Shown here piece by piece: positions 1 to 17,774 of a DNA stretch of 64,000 nucleotides. The notes under the pieces were generated by a model. It did not search any database. It had not been told where the DNA came from and saw only the letters and a program-made list of their open reading frames with translations. Position numbers and translations under genes: made by a program. Numbering within the stretch: the first letter of the stretch is position 1; the number at the start of each line of letters is the position of its first letter. Source of the stretch: the human T2T-CHM13v2.0 reference genome, Homo sapiens. The stretch lies in assembly GCF_009914755.1 (NCBI RefSeq), contig NC_060925.1. One strand, given 5' to 3'.

Positions 1-254
1 TAAAGAAGAAAACAGAGACCCATATTAGGACAAGTAGTTAGAATTCTATGAAGAAAAAGAGCAGGGCATGGTGGGAAGTGTATTGAGGATGGGTTTGGTC
101 TGTATTAGCTGGAAGTACCCGGGGCTTGTTAGACTTTTGAACATTTGTTTATTCCAAGTATAATGGGGGAAGTTTAGGGTTTTTAAGCATGAGTATGATG
201 ATCTAATTTAAGTTTCAGAGAATGGTGAGCAAGAGAGACCACTTATGAGGCATT

Positions 255-420
255 TACAATCAATACATACAACATTTCCTTGTGACTGGTATTATTATTC
301 CCATTTTCCTGGGAAACAGGTTCAGAAAAGTGAGATGATTTACCCAGACTTTTCTAGTAAGTGTCAGAACTGGGACTCCCAGCCAGATGTCTCCCACTGG
401 AGCCCAGGCTTAACGACTGG
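255..420. mobile_element. MIR SINE fragment
   Basis: MIR-core-like 'attattattcccatttt...gaaacaggttcagaaaagtgagatgatttaccc'. Confidence 0.6.
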
Positions 421-619
421 CATCTCCATCCACAGTTCTAATTTCTTACAGATTCCTTTGTAACTACCTTCTCTATCCTAATTCCTAGTCATTCCCAGTA
501 CCGGATACCGTACACTGCTGGTTCTGGAAAGATCTGTTGAATATATTTTTGTTTTATCCTTTAAAATTCAGTTCCCAAAAGAAAGCCCTAAAGCAACCTT
601 TCCCAGTTCTCTCCAGGTC

Positions 620-1635
620 CAGCCCCCTCCCCAGACCCAAGATTGCTCACACATCCTCCTGCCTGGAGGAGGAAGAGGGAGCGTTCCTGGGGACTGCTGT
701 GCCCGTTCCCACCCAACTGCTAACAAGGCTTTGAAATGAAAATGAAATCATAAAGTCTCATCGAATCTGCTCAACTTTCTGTCCCTTTTCATATGCCTTT
801 CCATGGATATTCAAGAGCCAAGCCTCAATAGGTTGTAAATCCTCTTGGGGGCTGCAGTTGGAGCGATTTCACAGGCAAGAGAGAAATTCTTCCCTCCCGG
901 GACCCTGCCCCGCCCCTTGCAAGCACTTGCAAGCCGCCTTGGAGATGCCAGGGAAGGAGGCCTTCCCCACGCCTGGCAGCCCCCCTAGCCTAGCCCAAGG
1001 AGGATGGGATCCCACGCTGCTGCTGCTTCCCCAAGGTTCGGTTTCCCCACCAGGGCCTCAACGGTATCTTAGGGCGTCCAACAGTGCCTCGCAGAGGAGA
1101 CACTCCATAAAGTTGTATGAATTAACTAGTTTGGCTCTGAAAAGTGGGCAATAATAGTAGGTACCTCACAGCGTCGTTGAGGCATTGAAGTAACAGAGCT
1201 GGAAATTCCCAGCAGAGGACGTTGCCTTCCTTCCTCCCTTCCTCTCTTCCTTCTTTTCCTTCCCTTCTTCCTTTATTCCCTCCAGGCCATTAGGAGCCAC
1301 ATCTCCTTCAGCCCCTTTCTGCTTCCTGCTTTTGAATCTCTTCCTCCTGCTGCTATTTTTAGCAGGAGAGGTCTCTACCCTGGAAGCTGGCAGAGGTGCT
1401 GAGAGCAAAACTTTTCAAAGCAACCCCACCTCCCACCCCTACCCCCACCCCCGCCGCCCCCAGGGTCAGCGGCCTCTTGACAGCCCTCAGGCTAGGTGTG
1501 GGAAGATCTGGGAGCTCAGCAGAGGCGTTCCCTGGGTGTTTCCCACCGCCTGTTAGGGGCTGGTAGAGGGTAATGCTGTTCCTTTGGCCTTTCTTGCTGG
1601 AAATATTTCAGGGAACGTGAGGACACAGTAAGGTT
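620..1635. promoter_or_regulatory. Candidate promoter / first-exon region
   Basis: No recognisable repeats, locally GC- and CpG-enriched; GC box CCCCGCCCC ~909-917; ATTGG (CCAAT on -) ~1289; C-run cluster 1424-1461; donor-like ACA|GTAAGG ~1627. Gene not identified. Confidence 0.3.
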
Positions 1636-1769
1636 TCTGACTTGGTTTGCCTGTGGGAAAACACAAAGCTGAACTTCACTTGCCACCCCTATGTCCAAAC
1701 ATAATTAATTATAAACCGGTCTTGCATTCTACTGGCATTCTTCAGCCCCAGCTCTCTATTTTAGCATTT

Positions 1770-2060
1770 ATAACTGAAACTATGGTTTCACTGATTTATA
1801 ATAGATGCTTGTCTCTCCACCAACTCAGAGTTTCTCCAGGATAAAGGTTTGTCTTTTTCATCTCAGTGCTAGTATCTGGTGTACTAGTGGGTCTCAGAAA
1901 AAAAGCCTGTTGAATAAATGAGTTTGTTTAGTGCCTATGACATGCAACACCCTGCTATATAAAGGTGAGGGCAAAAAGAGTCCAAAACTCAGGAAGCTTG
2001 CAAACTTCCAGGGAAGACACATAACACATACACAAGTAGCTGTCATTTTAGTACAGTAGA
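1770..2060. mobile_element. L2 LINE 3'-end fragments
   Basis: L2 terminus-like 'ctgttgaataaatga' with a degenerate opposite-strand piece after it. Confidence 0.5.
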
Positions 2061-3339
2061 TGCTATGTTACAGAATCTTGAATTCAGAACTAATCAGTCC
2101 ATCTATCAGTACTTACTCCTTAAAATATAGTCAGCGCCTGCCATTAAGAAACCCATTTCTCATTAGCTGGGACAGAAAAGGTGTCATGAGAGTTGATCAT
2201 TTTGCAGTTTTTATAATATTACGCTGATGAAACCAAACTAAACTGACATCTTTTTGCCAGGTGAGCCAGCATTCCAGGATTTCTTAACATTGCACTGGTA
2301 TTATTTATAATATGGGGAACAATGTCACCTAGGAATGGAGTGATAGACAAAAGTCAGGTTTAAAGTTACCGAGGTGTAGTATCATTCTCGAGATTTCTTT
2401 TGAATATGTATTTAATGATTTTTGTCCATCGTCTCCTCCTACTTCATCACCATCATCATGAAAATAATCAGAAGTTCTAAGTCCTGCCAGAAGCCTGCTG
2501 GGGGAACTATCTGCCTGTTTCTTACTGCACTCTTCCTTTGAGGTGTCGATGTAATCTTTAGTTGCTGTCAGCCCTAAGAGGAAAGAAAATCAGTAAGATA
2601 TTATGTTGAAATCCATAAGGGATGTTTTTCAGTTACCTCCTTGGAGATTGGACCTACAGGTTGGAAATGGACCATGAAGCAGTTACATACTCCGATTTTC
2701 AGTCGGGGACTCATAACTCACATTGTGATCTGTGATACGTGGCAGGAGAACTTGTGCTACAAGAAGGCATGTTAAAAATAAGGCATGAAAGGTCATAACA
2801 GTGGATTCCTCCCTCTGCAAAACTAATCAGGCATCTCCAACGGGTTTGGCATCTTAATAACAAAAGAACATGAGGGGAAAAGCCACTAAGGTATTCAGAC
2901 ATGAAAAACTTGTGCCATCTCACTCCTCTCTAGAAAGATTAAAGACTAGCTTCCAGGATAGGCCCAGCTAACAGTCAGGGAAACTGTCTGTAATCAATTT
3001 CAAATAAAAGATTACAATCAGAGAACCTTCTAGAAAACTGGCCAAGGTCAGTGATAATCTTATTCTTCATTATCAGGGCACCAAATATTAACACCGTTGC
3101 CTGACAGCTGCTTTCATGTTTTGTATCAAGACTAAAATGGTCTCATTCTAGTCTTAAGCCAGTGAATTTTCTGGGAACAAGTAGTTCACATTTGGTACAA
3201 GAATTCTCACCTCTTCACTGGCTTAAAGTATTTTTCCTCCCAGCTTCCCTGGCTTGCATCATGGTAGCTGCCCTCTTTTGTTTTAACTTTGAGACTGTTC
3301 CCTTGGCCTAACCCAGACAGATGACCTGTATTTTAAATA

Positions 3340-3480
3340 GTCTTTTAGAATCAGTTTCACCTCTGAGTCTTTAGTTTTCTCATTTATAAAGTGAGTATAA
3401 CAATACCCTCCTCACAGGGTCATGGTGCAAATTCTTAACTTTAAATATGGCTCATGGTAGGGACTCATTAAAGGTTAGCA
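3340..3480 (+). mobile_element. MIR fragment
   Basis: 'cacctctgagtctttagttttctcatttataaagtgag...taccctcctcacagggt'. Confidence 0.6.
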
Positions 3481-3516
3481 TTTTCACAGCTAATTGTTCA
3501 TAAAAAAGAAAAAGAG

Positions 3517-3852
<336 letters not shown>

Positions 3853-3904
3853 TCAATTATTTCTGTTTCATAGCTGTGTCCTCAGTTAAAAGAAAAACAA
3901 TGTC

Positions 3905-6378
<2,474 letters not shown>

Positions 6379-6848
6379 AGATAACTATATTATCTGGCAG
6401 GAAAAACCTGCTCAGCCTGTGGCCACTCTTGGACAATAATAAATTCTGAGAAGAGTGAGAAATTTGAATTTTATTTGGGATACAATTTCTCCAGATATAT
6501 CTATCCTTGAGAATTCTGTGAATTATACCTCTGCAAAATACAACTGTATTTCATGAATATATTTTGACTCAGTAGGACAGTGGGTGGCCAGTTTGAGGAC
6601 AAAACGCCATGCTTATTTTCTTTTTAAAAAGACAGCGTTTATTAGAGAACACTGTGAAATGACTTGGGAAAATTCTGGAGAGAATCAAACTCCTTTCAGA
6701 AGTGCATGAGAATCCTCTTTAGAAATACTGAAACCAATTGTAGATGGTAACTGCAGGGGAAGAACCTTATATTTTATTTATATATATATAATATAAGCAA
6801 TATGTAATATAAAAATTATATAATTATATAATATATATTATATATATT

Positions 6849-6883
6849 ATGGCAAAAACCACAGTTACATTCACACCAACCTA
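6849..6883. mobile_element. Half MADE1 / Hsmar1 terminal inverted repeat next to an AT-rich tract
   Basis: 'atggcaaaaaccacagttacattcacaccaaccta' resembles MADE1 ATGGCAAAAACCGCAATTACTTTTGCACCAACCTA. Confidence 0.7.
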
Positions 6884-7429
6884 GATTAAGTGGTTCAAGC
6901 CTTCATTTAAAAAAAAAAGATTGTTTACATAAGGAATAAGAGAAATAGAAATGGAAATCTTGCCTTAAGTTGTGGGAGGGTAAGGCACACTCACTAGCTC
7001 TACCCATGCACAAAGCAATTAATGGGCACACACACTTTTCTCGTGGGAACAGTAGCAGCCCACCTCTTGAGAGGCCTAACCGCTTGGTATTCATTAGCTT
7101 GATGAGCTCTCCAAGGCCCAGATTCTGGTCCAAGCCTTGCCAGCTTACTTACCCGATGTGTCCCCACACTGACAGATGGTCCAGCTCTCAGGACCTGACT
7201 CACATTAACTCTGCTCATGGAATGGGGGTATGGAAAAGAGAATGCCAATTCATGAACTTAGTGTGATTTAGAAATACCACAGGGACCAAGAATATTCAAA
7301 GTCATTTTAACCCACACATTTTTATCCCTGTTAAACGAATCTGTGTGGGCAGCCAAATGTTAATCAGAGAAGATTGCTTGGTGAGCATGAAATCAGAAGT
7401 GAGGCATTCAATGTCCATTGACAGCAGGC

Positions 7430-7557
7430 TAAAGCAGTGTTTCTCAACTCCCAAAGAGTTTGATTTGATTATTCTAGGTTTCAGCCTGGGCACAGGTTTA
7501 TCTTCAAAATCTGTCAGGTGATTTTAATAAAAAATCTGAATTTTGAACTACTGGGCT
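7430..7557. mobile_element. MER5-like hAT MITE
   Basis: Ends 'cagtgtttctcaact' and 'tttgaactactg'; internal 'caggtgatt'. Confidence 0.55.
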
Positions 7558-8407
7558 AATATATGCTTGTGTACCACCAGGACTAGGAACTGCCTGCTAG
7601 ATGTCCTTTGGCAAAGGTTCCCTGTCTGAATAGTGCTTGGGTACTGCCAATGTCTGCCTCTGAGACTCTTTTGTTCTGTCATGGGTGCCAACCCCTCTCC
7701 CTTTTTTCATTCTAAGTGCTTGTTTCACAGAAGCATGAAGAAACCAAGTGACTTGCCTAAGGCTATACAGTTAGAGGCAGAATCAGAACTAAAATTACAG
7801 TTCTTCTGAATTTCATTCTAGGGCTTTGCTTTTTCACCTGGCCTTCAAAGAGATCTGCAGGGACTTTATAGCAGAGGGTTGCCTTGAACAACCCATAGTT
7901 CACATGTCAGGTCAGGTCCCCATAGTTCACATGTCAACTGCTTTTAGTTTCTTGAGGTATGGGTTCTGGTGAAGACAGAGTTAATTACTTTAAGTTGGGA
8001 TATATTTAAAGTTATTGAATTGTAAGGGGTGCCTCTCTGTGCTCCCCACTATATTGTGTGTTTATTTCTCTCATACCAACAAGTTTTCTTGTCTAACTAT
8101 AAGTCCATCATAGTTCCTATCTTATTTATTTTGGCACCCCTAATTTCTGGCAGGTGCCAGTTTCATGAGTTAGCCTTGCTGTCATTCTACACTGGATATG
8201 AGGTCCTAGAGCTGAGAGAGAGATCAAGGCTGAAGATGTCAGTAGAGACAGCCAATGAATTGTGTGAAGGGTGAGATTCCATCAGGGAAAGCGCCTATCT
8301 TCCAGGCCCATAAAGCTGACCCTGCTCTAGTCTCTGAGCCTATCTTATAAACCTGGAGAACATTACTGCCTTTTGGTGTGATTTTTTAGTGAGGGAAAAT
8401 GGTGAGT

Positions 8408-8512
8408 TCAGGTGTGAAATTGTTCACAAGTGGAGTGATATCAGCATTCAAAAAGTGTTGGGTGTGGGAGCATTTTGGATTTTGGATTTTCAGATTATGG
8501 ATGCCCAACATG
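8408..8512 (+). mobile_element. Tigger4/MER46 3' end
   Basis: 'ggagcattttggattttggattttcagattatggatgcccaacatg'. Confidence 0.7.
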
Positions 8513-8599
8513 TGTTTGTATTTAAAGGTTCAGTCCTCTCAGGCACTCTTCTCAGACACACATGTCATGAAATGGAAAAGTTTCCACAGTCCTTCTTAT

Positions 8600-8870
8600 A
8601 ATTATTTTGTTCCAGCATTATTGGGATATAATTGACAAATAAAAATTGTATGCATTGAAAGTATTGATATATGTATACATTGTGAAATGAAATGATTGCC
8701 GCAATCAAGCTAGTTAATACATCCATCACCTCACCTAATTACACGTGTGTATGTACGTGTGTGTGTGTCAAGAACACTTAAGATTTACTCTCTTAGCAAG
8801 TTTCAAATATACTATACAGATTGTATAATATAGTCACTATGCAACATATTAGATCCCTAGAATTATTTTT
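8600..8870 (-). mobile_element. L1MA 3' end
   Basis: 'ataattgacaaataaaaattgtat...aatcaagctagttaatacatccatcacctcac'. Confidence 0.8.
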
Positions 8871-9005
8871 ATTCTTTCAAAAAGTTACATAAATATATTT
8901 CATTGGTTTCTTTAACTTTAGTTTTCCCATGGTCTTAAATTTCAGAATGAGAATCTTTACATTGTTTTTTTAATTAAATTTTTTATTAAATAATATTTGA
9001 AAGTC

Positions 9006-9297
9006 TTTTTTTTTTTTTTTTTTTTTTGAGATGGAGTCTCACTCTTTTGCCCAGGCCAGACTGCAGTGGCACTATCTCGGCTCACTGCAAGCTCCACCTC
9101 CCGGGTTCATGCCTCAGCCTCCTGAGTAGCTGGGACTACAGGTGCCCACCACCACGCCTGGCTAATTTTTTGTATTTTTAGTAGAGACGGGGTTTCACCA
9201 TATTAGCCAGGATGATCTCGATCTCCTGACCTCGTGATCGGCCCGCCTTGGCCTCCCAAAGTGCTGGGATTACAGGCGTGAGCCACTGCCTCCCACC
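9006..9297 (-). mobile_element. AluY-like with short internal deletion
   Basis: Poly-T, 'gcaagctcc' diagnostic, TSD GAAAGTC. Confidence 0.95.
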
Positions 9298-10207
9298 GAA
9301 AGTCATTTTTTAAATCAGAATTTTGTCTGTAATGGCCTATAAAAAGGTGTGATACAAAGGAGATAAGCATTTATTTTCTCCATTTTGGACAAGAAAAGGA
9401 AGAGCTCTACTTCACAAAAGAATTTATCTCCAGTTTCTGCAGTAAATTAAAATGCTATGGTTCATAGAGAAGCAGTGGACCAGATTTCTGGGTCTTCATT
9501 ACCCAAAGCACAGTACCAGTTTGGAGGATCACTTTCTTCTATTCCTTTTCTTCATTCCCATTGGCACAAGGGCAAATACATATTTTAAAAAGTGAGAGTA
9601 AGTTGAGATCTTAGCAGCAGTCATATAACACTATAGCATCAAAGAAACTCAGTAATAATTAATAGAGCATTTCACTTAGGGATGGCAAAAATGTGATGGG
9701 TGATGTAGTGCCTCACCCCTACCTTGGCACACATCACTAATCAATTATTGAGCCAAAATGTGGCCCAATAGATCTTTTCTACACGATGCCCCCAGCAGAA
9801 AATACCATGTAATTGGAGTTGCCACAGAGGCCCTACCTAAGCTAATCATTTTACATTATGAGAACATTGAGGCCCATAAAGGCAAAGTGATTTGCCCAAG
9901 GTCATTCAGAGACATGCAGAGCTGGGACAGGAACCCTAATTCTGTATAATGCAAAAATCCATTCTCTCTTATGAGCCTTGTGTCAACTGACAGTGGCCCT
10001 GAATCCAGCAAGGGCACACAGGAATCTGTACAGGATGGATCATTTCAACTTGGAAAGACAGACAAGTGTCCATGGCATCAAGAAACTCAAAGGAACAGCT
10101 AGGAACAGATGGCAGAACATTACTGTTCCTCCACCTTTCCCAGGGAGAAGCAGGGGATAGAGAAGGAAATGGAGATCTCTCCACCAGCCTCATAATTGTG
10201 GAGGGTT

Positions 10208-10529
10208 TTGTTTTTGTTTTTGTTTGCTTGCTTGCTTGCCTTTGAGACGGGGACTCACTCTGTCACCCTGGCTGGAGTGCAGTGGCACATTACGGCTCAC
10301 TGCAGCCTTGACTTTTCAGGCTCAAGTGATCCTCCCACCTCACCTCAGCCTCCCCAGTAGCTAGGACTACAGGCACAGGCCACCATGCCTGGCTAATTTT
10401 TTTATTTTCTGTAGAGATGAGGTCTCCCTATGTTGCCCAGATTAGTCTTGAATTCCTGGGCTCAAGCAATCTCCACACCACAACTTCCCAAAATGTTGAG
10501 ATTACAGGCATGAGCCACTGGGCTCAGCC
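10208..10529 (-). mobile_element. AluJ
   Basis: Antisense diverged Alu dimer. Confidence 0.9.
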
Positions 10530-11689
10530 AATTGTGGAGTCTTTGAAGCTGTCCCATCAGGTATCGGGGAAGGAAGGAAGATGTCCCTATATACAAGTAG
10601 CAGTCCACAAGAGCGGCCACCCAACTGCCTTGCTACTTGTTCAGGTTCCCACAACCAAGGTTTGGAAGTTCTTCAGAAACTATTCACTTTCTAAAAACCT
10701 GTTCATTCTCTGTACTAGAGCTGAAGATAATGAAATGACTGGTTGTGGTGGGACTTTGATCAGACAGAGGGATAAGAAGTCACCATGATGAGGGGTCTGG
10801 CTGGTTGTGAAGTCATTTCTGAGGAAGCAGAGATCCCACGGCTGTTATTGTACCAGCTCCAAAAGTCCCCAGAGAAGATGTTTGGTCATGACAGGAGGGT
10901 GTGAAGTGGGTTTGGCAGCAAAGGCACTAAAGCTGATTTTCTCCTGCCTTTCCCTTTGAACTCTAGGTGGGGTTTATGGTCCCCGTAATTAAGAGTGAAG
11001 ATTGATGAGCAGCAAAGCTCTCTTGGAGAGCCCTCAGGGGCTTGAAACCTAGGCTTTGGGTGCTTTTAAAGGACTGGGGGAAAGGAGGCAATGGGGCAAA
11101 GGCAGATTTTGGCATGGTTCATTTTTATCCAGTTTCACCTGCCCCCATAAAGTGCCATGAAACCGCTCTCCACTGAACAGAAATAGGCTTTAGGGTGCAA
11201 ACATGAGCAGCACTCGGAGGCCCTGAGAGGATTAGGAGAAACTGTGGAGAAACATGTGAAAGACCAAATTTTCCTTCCCCTAAAGACTGTGGGTGTGGAG
11301 AAATGTTGTTTCCAGCTGGGATAGTCTAAGTATGGTTAACTTTTTTTGAATTAAACTTTCACCTTCCCTTGGAATTCAAAGATTGACAAATGTAATGGCT
11401 GTGAATTGAATAAAAGGAAGGGAGCCTCCTTAAACCTATTTGGCACAGGGTGGCTGTTTACAGGCCTGCAGACATTCCATGCCAGTTGATACAAAGATTT
11501 TGGTTTGCCAGCATACTCATATCTGAATCTCAAAAAAGGAACAATGATTCCATAGACTTTGTCCTCTGTGGTTCTTTGGGGGATGTCTCTTTCTTTTGCC
11601 CAGCTTGAAAGGACCAGAAATTAATTTACTGTGCACTTGGGACAAGAGCACCTATTATATTTGTTATTTTTATGGAAGTATTACCATGT

Positions 11690-11910
11690 GCTGGGCACAT
11701 AAGCAGTTTACATGCGCACTTTCATGTTCATCCTCACAACACATCCTTACTGCGGATGGATATTACTGCCATTTTCCAGTCAAACACTGAGGCTCAGAGA
11801 GGTTAGGACCCCAGCCCAAGATTGCACAGCTCCAAGAGTCAGAGCTGAGACTAGAAATCAGTTCTGTCTGATACCACACCTCAGCCCTGACCAGCATAAC
11901 CATTCAGCAG
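11690..11910 (-). mobile_element. MIR
   Basis: 'actgaggctcagagaggttagg...cccaagattgcacagct'. Confidence 0.7.
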
Positions 11911-12272
11911 TCCTATTTGAGATATCAATTTTCTGTGAGATACTAACATTTTTTTAATAACATGGAAAAAATAAGGAACAACAGAGGACATCCTACATAA
12001 AGAGTAAGTATTCGTTTGTGATACATTTGTTTTCATTACATATATATGTATAGTGTTCTTAGTAGTGAGATAACATTGTTTTCTTACTGTGGATCATGGT
12101 CAAAAACATTTTAAGGACACTGTCCTAAACCACTTGGCAATCTTGCTTGCGTGGGTAGGTGAGTTATCAGACCCACTTACTGGGCTTTTAAGGAAGACTT
12201 GTGGAGAGAAAGCAAAGGGTGGACTCCTCAGAAAGCACAAAGAGTGGAGGTATTAGTTTTTGCCTCTAGAAC

Positions 12273-12475
12273 CGGGGTCAGCAAACTTTTTCTTAAAGGG
12301 ACAGATAGTAAAAACTTTAGGCTTGCTGGTCAGATAGTCTCTGCAGCCACTACTCAATTCTGCAAAGCAGCCATAGACAATATGCAAATGAATGGGTGTG
12401 TCTGTGTTCTAATATAAATCCATAGTTATAGAAACATACAGCTGGCCCATGGGCTGTAGTTTGCTGACTGCTACT
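12273..12475 (+). mobile_element. MER58A hAT MITE
   Basis: 'ggggtcagcaaactttttcttaaaggg...gggctgtagtttgctgac'. Confidence 0.85.
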
Positions 12476-12634
12476 CTTAGATATAGTCTTAGATAAAGAA
12501 ACTACTTGAATTGCCACAGTATTGGCCTATAACAATTGAATGTCCCCCAATTTTAAGAACAGCCCAATTTCAAATGATCTAAGATTAAGTGTTCACATTT
12601 TTGCCCCTGATGATATTGTTCCTATATTATTAGG

Positions 12635-13180
12635 TGTATTAGTTATACACTACTATGTAAAATATTTACCCCAAAATGTTGTAGCATAAAATAGCAAATA
12701 CTTATTATCTCATAGTTTCTCTGGGTCAGGAATTTGGGCCTGGCTTAGCTGAGTACCTGTCCCTCAAAGACTCTTACAAAGCTGAAATCAGTTTACATCA
12801 ACTGGGGCTGTGGTCTTATCTGAAAGTTTGACCAAGGGGAGATCCTCTTTCAAACTGACTCAGATGTTGGCAAGATTAAGTTCTTTAGAGGCTTCTCTCA
12901 GTTCCTTGCCATGAGGGTCTTTCCATGGGGCAGCTCACAACATGGCAGCTGGCTCCCATCAGAGGGAGCAAGTGAGAGAGCAAGAAAGGGCAAAAATATG
13001 GAAGTCAGAGTCCTTGTGCAAAAACCCAATCTTTGCAACATCTCATCACTTTTTTCACTTTGTATGAACCATGAGTAAGTCACTAAGTCTAACCCATACG
13101 TGGGGGGAGGAGATTATACAAGGGTCTGAATACCAGAAGCCAGAAATCATTTGGAGCCATTTTAGAGGCTGCCTACCAGG
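12635..13180 (-). mobile_element. MLT1-family solo LTR
   Basis: 'tgtattagtta...tattatctcatagtttctctgggtcaggaattt...ttagaggctgcctacca'. Confidence 0.8.
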
Positions 13181-13189
13181 TAAGGGCTA

Positions 13190-14480
<1,291 letters not shown>

Positions 14481-15809
14481 GGAGGTAATGAGAAGTCAAC
14501 CACTTACTTTCACTCTCAGAAGCAAAATGCTAGTTTAGAAGCCTCTTCATTAGCAGAGCCTAATCAATAAATTTTTTGTTTGTAAGGGGTGACATGGAAA
14601 GAGCCCCAGACCAGAGGCCAAGAGACCAGGTCCTAGTCTGGACTCTATCAGCTTAGCGGAGTGATAGAAGACGAATCAATCAACCTCTGGATCTCTGTGT
14701 CTCCTTCAGTAAAATAAGATGTTTGAACAAGGTCCTCTCTAACTCTACAAGTATAATTTTATGAGTCTCAGTGGAAAGTAGATTTGGAACAAATGAATAG
14801 TTCTATTACTATTCACTTTAAGCTTGATCATTCCTTGTGAGGGAAAAAAAAAACACAGAAAATTGCAGAGCTGGGCCTTCAGGAAAATTAAAAAACAATT
14901 ACAGGCAAAATAATATCCTTGGGAAAAACTCCATGTTTAATCTCTAGGTAGCCTGGGGCCTAGGTAGACTGAGGGATGTACATCAGTGAATTTTCCCAAT
15001 GCAGATGAACAAAACAAAATTCAACCCGAAATCAGACAAGATCCTATTCTTCAGGGAAGGAAGTGATATAATAGTTTTACAGAAATTCAGTGACTCTAAT
15101 CTCTCTCCATGTTCCCACATGTCAAGTACAATGCACCTTGACAAGGCGTTGCCCCTCAAATAGAGGGATTAAGGATTATTACTTACCACCCCCTGGAAAT
15201 GCACCTGAAGAAACTGGTAGGAGCCAAAGAAGGCGTCTTTAAACACTCATGTGAAACAGGTTGAGACTTAGTGATAACTGCTTCCAGAGCACCATCAGGC
15301 AGTTATCCAAGCAAAAACCACATCCATGCCACCAAATATCTTTGTTAGTAACAAAATTACAACTTTAAACTGCTGGAGGGCAGTGCAAGAGGTTGCCACT
15401 AGCATTTTTGGACTGCCCATTGCCTACCAGGCGTACGTAGATGTTCACTCAGTTATTCCTCACAATGATTTTGGGAGGTAAGATACCATTATCTGTTTTG
15501 CAGAAGTAGGAACTGAGCCTGACTTGCCTAAGGACATGCAGCTAGGAAGTGCAGAGCAGAGATTGCTTACAATACCCAAGTTCTCCGCTCCACAATGCTG
15601 CCATGCTAATGTGTTTTGTCTCAGGGGTTGGTGCTGATCACTACATTGTTAATATTCACTGAGCACTGAACTGAACATCAGTCACATATTATTCATGTTC
15701 TAGTTGTTTTTATTCTCAGAGCTTATGTCAGCCGTGCATTGGGGAATTTAAGAGCACCAAATAATTTCAGAAACTACTCAAGGCTGTACAGCTGCAAAAT
15801 AAGTTATGA

Positions 15810-16075
15810 GTCTGTAGGGAATGGTTTAGAGGGTGGTAGTGGCCTCTGCAGTTCAACTAATCTATACTCAAACTTGTAACTCCACCACCTAGTAGCCATG
15901 TGACCTTGGTCAAGTTACTTAACCTCTCTGAGCCTGAGCTTCTTCATTTGTAAAACAAGGGCAATAATGGTGTATGCCTCATTAGGTTCTATGTACATAT
16001 ATAATATGAAAATTCACATAAATTGCTTAGAATAGTGCCTAACACATGGTAAATACTCAATAAATGTTGTAGAGT
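15810..16075 (+). mobile_element. MIR
   Basis: 'tgtgaccttggtcaagttacttaacctctctgagcct'. Confidence 0.85.
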
Positions 16076-16466
16076 ATTATTGTTTACCTAGAAAATAACC
16101 TTCTTTGAGGTTGCTGAAGCTATTTCTTTGTCCCTGCTGACTTTTCAGGCTGTGTGTTTCATGCATTTATTTGTTTTTTAATAACAAATCTGAGACCAAC
16201 TGATATAATTCTTTTGTTCCAAAATTATAGCTAGTCTTGATCTTCATGGTCTAATTCTCATTGAATTGGTGGTATATTGCTTGTCAATTCAAACCTGACA
16301 TAGAAAAATAATCTGTCCCACAACTCTGGTGTTAAATCCACCATGGCTGGAATTATAAGCAAGCTTCCATTTAAGGACTCTCCACAATGTGATGCTCTAA
16401 ATGGCCTCCCAGGAATGTGCTCTTGTCTTTCCAGAGGCTTTTCTGGTCTCATAAATAAGCAGAATG

Positions 16467-16868
<402 letters not shown>

Positions 16869-17025
16869 TCAAGAATAGTCAGAAATGCAGATTTTGAAAT
16901 TTGTGTGTGTGGCAAAAATCCTGTGCTTTCCTAATGCTGGCAACTAACTCAGGTAGGAGGCACAGGCAAGCAATTAAATATTGCTAACTAATTCAGTGTT
17001 GACAACTAACTGAGATGGGATGCAT

Positions 17026-17774
17026 AGAAATGCAAATCAAAACCACAATAAGATACCATCTCACACCAGTTAGAATGGCAATCATTAAAAAGTCAGGAAA
17101 CAACAGGTGCTGGAGAGGATGTGGAGAAATAGGAAGGCTTTTACACTGTTGGTGGGACTGTAAACTAGTTCAACCATTGTGGAAGACAGTGTGGCAATTC
17201 TTCAGGGATCTAGAACTAGAAATACCATTTGACCCAGCCATCCCATTACTGGGTATATACCCAAAGGAATATAAATCATGCTGCTGTAAAGACACAGGCA
17301 CACGTATGTTTATTGCGGCACTACTCACAATAGCAAAGATTTGGAACCAACCCAAATGTCCAACAATGATAGACTGGATTAAGAAAATGTGGCACATATA
17401 CACCATGGAATACTATGCAGCCATAAAAAATGATGAGCTTATGTCTTTTGTAGGGACATGGATGAAGCTGGAAACCATCATTCTCAGCAAACTATCGCAA
17501 GGACAAAAAACCAAACACCACATGTTCTCACTCATGGGTGGGAATTGAACAATGAGAACACTTGGACACAGGAAGGGGAACATCACACACCAGGGCCTGT
17601 TGTGGGGTGTGGGGAGCGGGGAGGGATAGCATTAGAAGATACACCTAACGTAAATGACAAGTTAATGGATGCAGCACACCAGCATGGCACATGTATACAT
17701 ATGTAACAAACCTGCACATTGTGCACATGTACCCTAGAACTTAAAGTATAATAATAATAAAATAAAATAAAAAA
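17026..17774 (+). mobile_element. L1PA (PA3/PA4-like) 5'-truncated, copy A
   Basis: ORF2p C-terminus (…RCWRGCGE…[16 protein letters not shown]…MGGN*), 3'UTR G-rich tract, A-rich tail. Confidence 0.97.

Noticed and set aside
6849-6883. miR-548-type MADE1 hairpin
   Set aside because: Only one TIR arm is present, so no hairpin forms.
17015-17548. 177-aa ORF (and the 178-aa ORF at 35219-35755)
   Set aside because: L1 ORF2p C-terminal remnants in 5'-truncated elements; not host genes.
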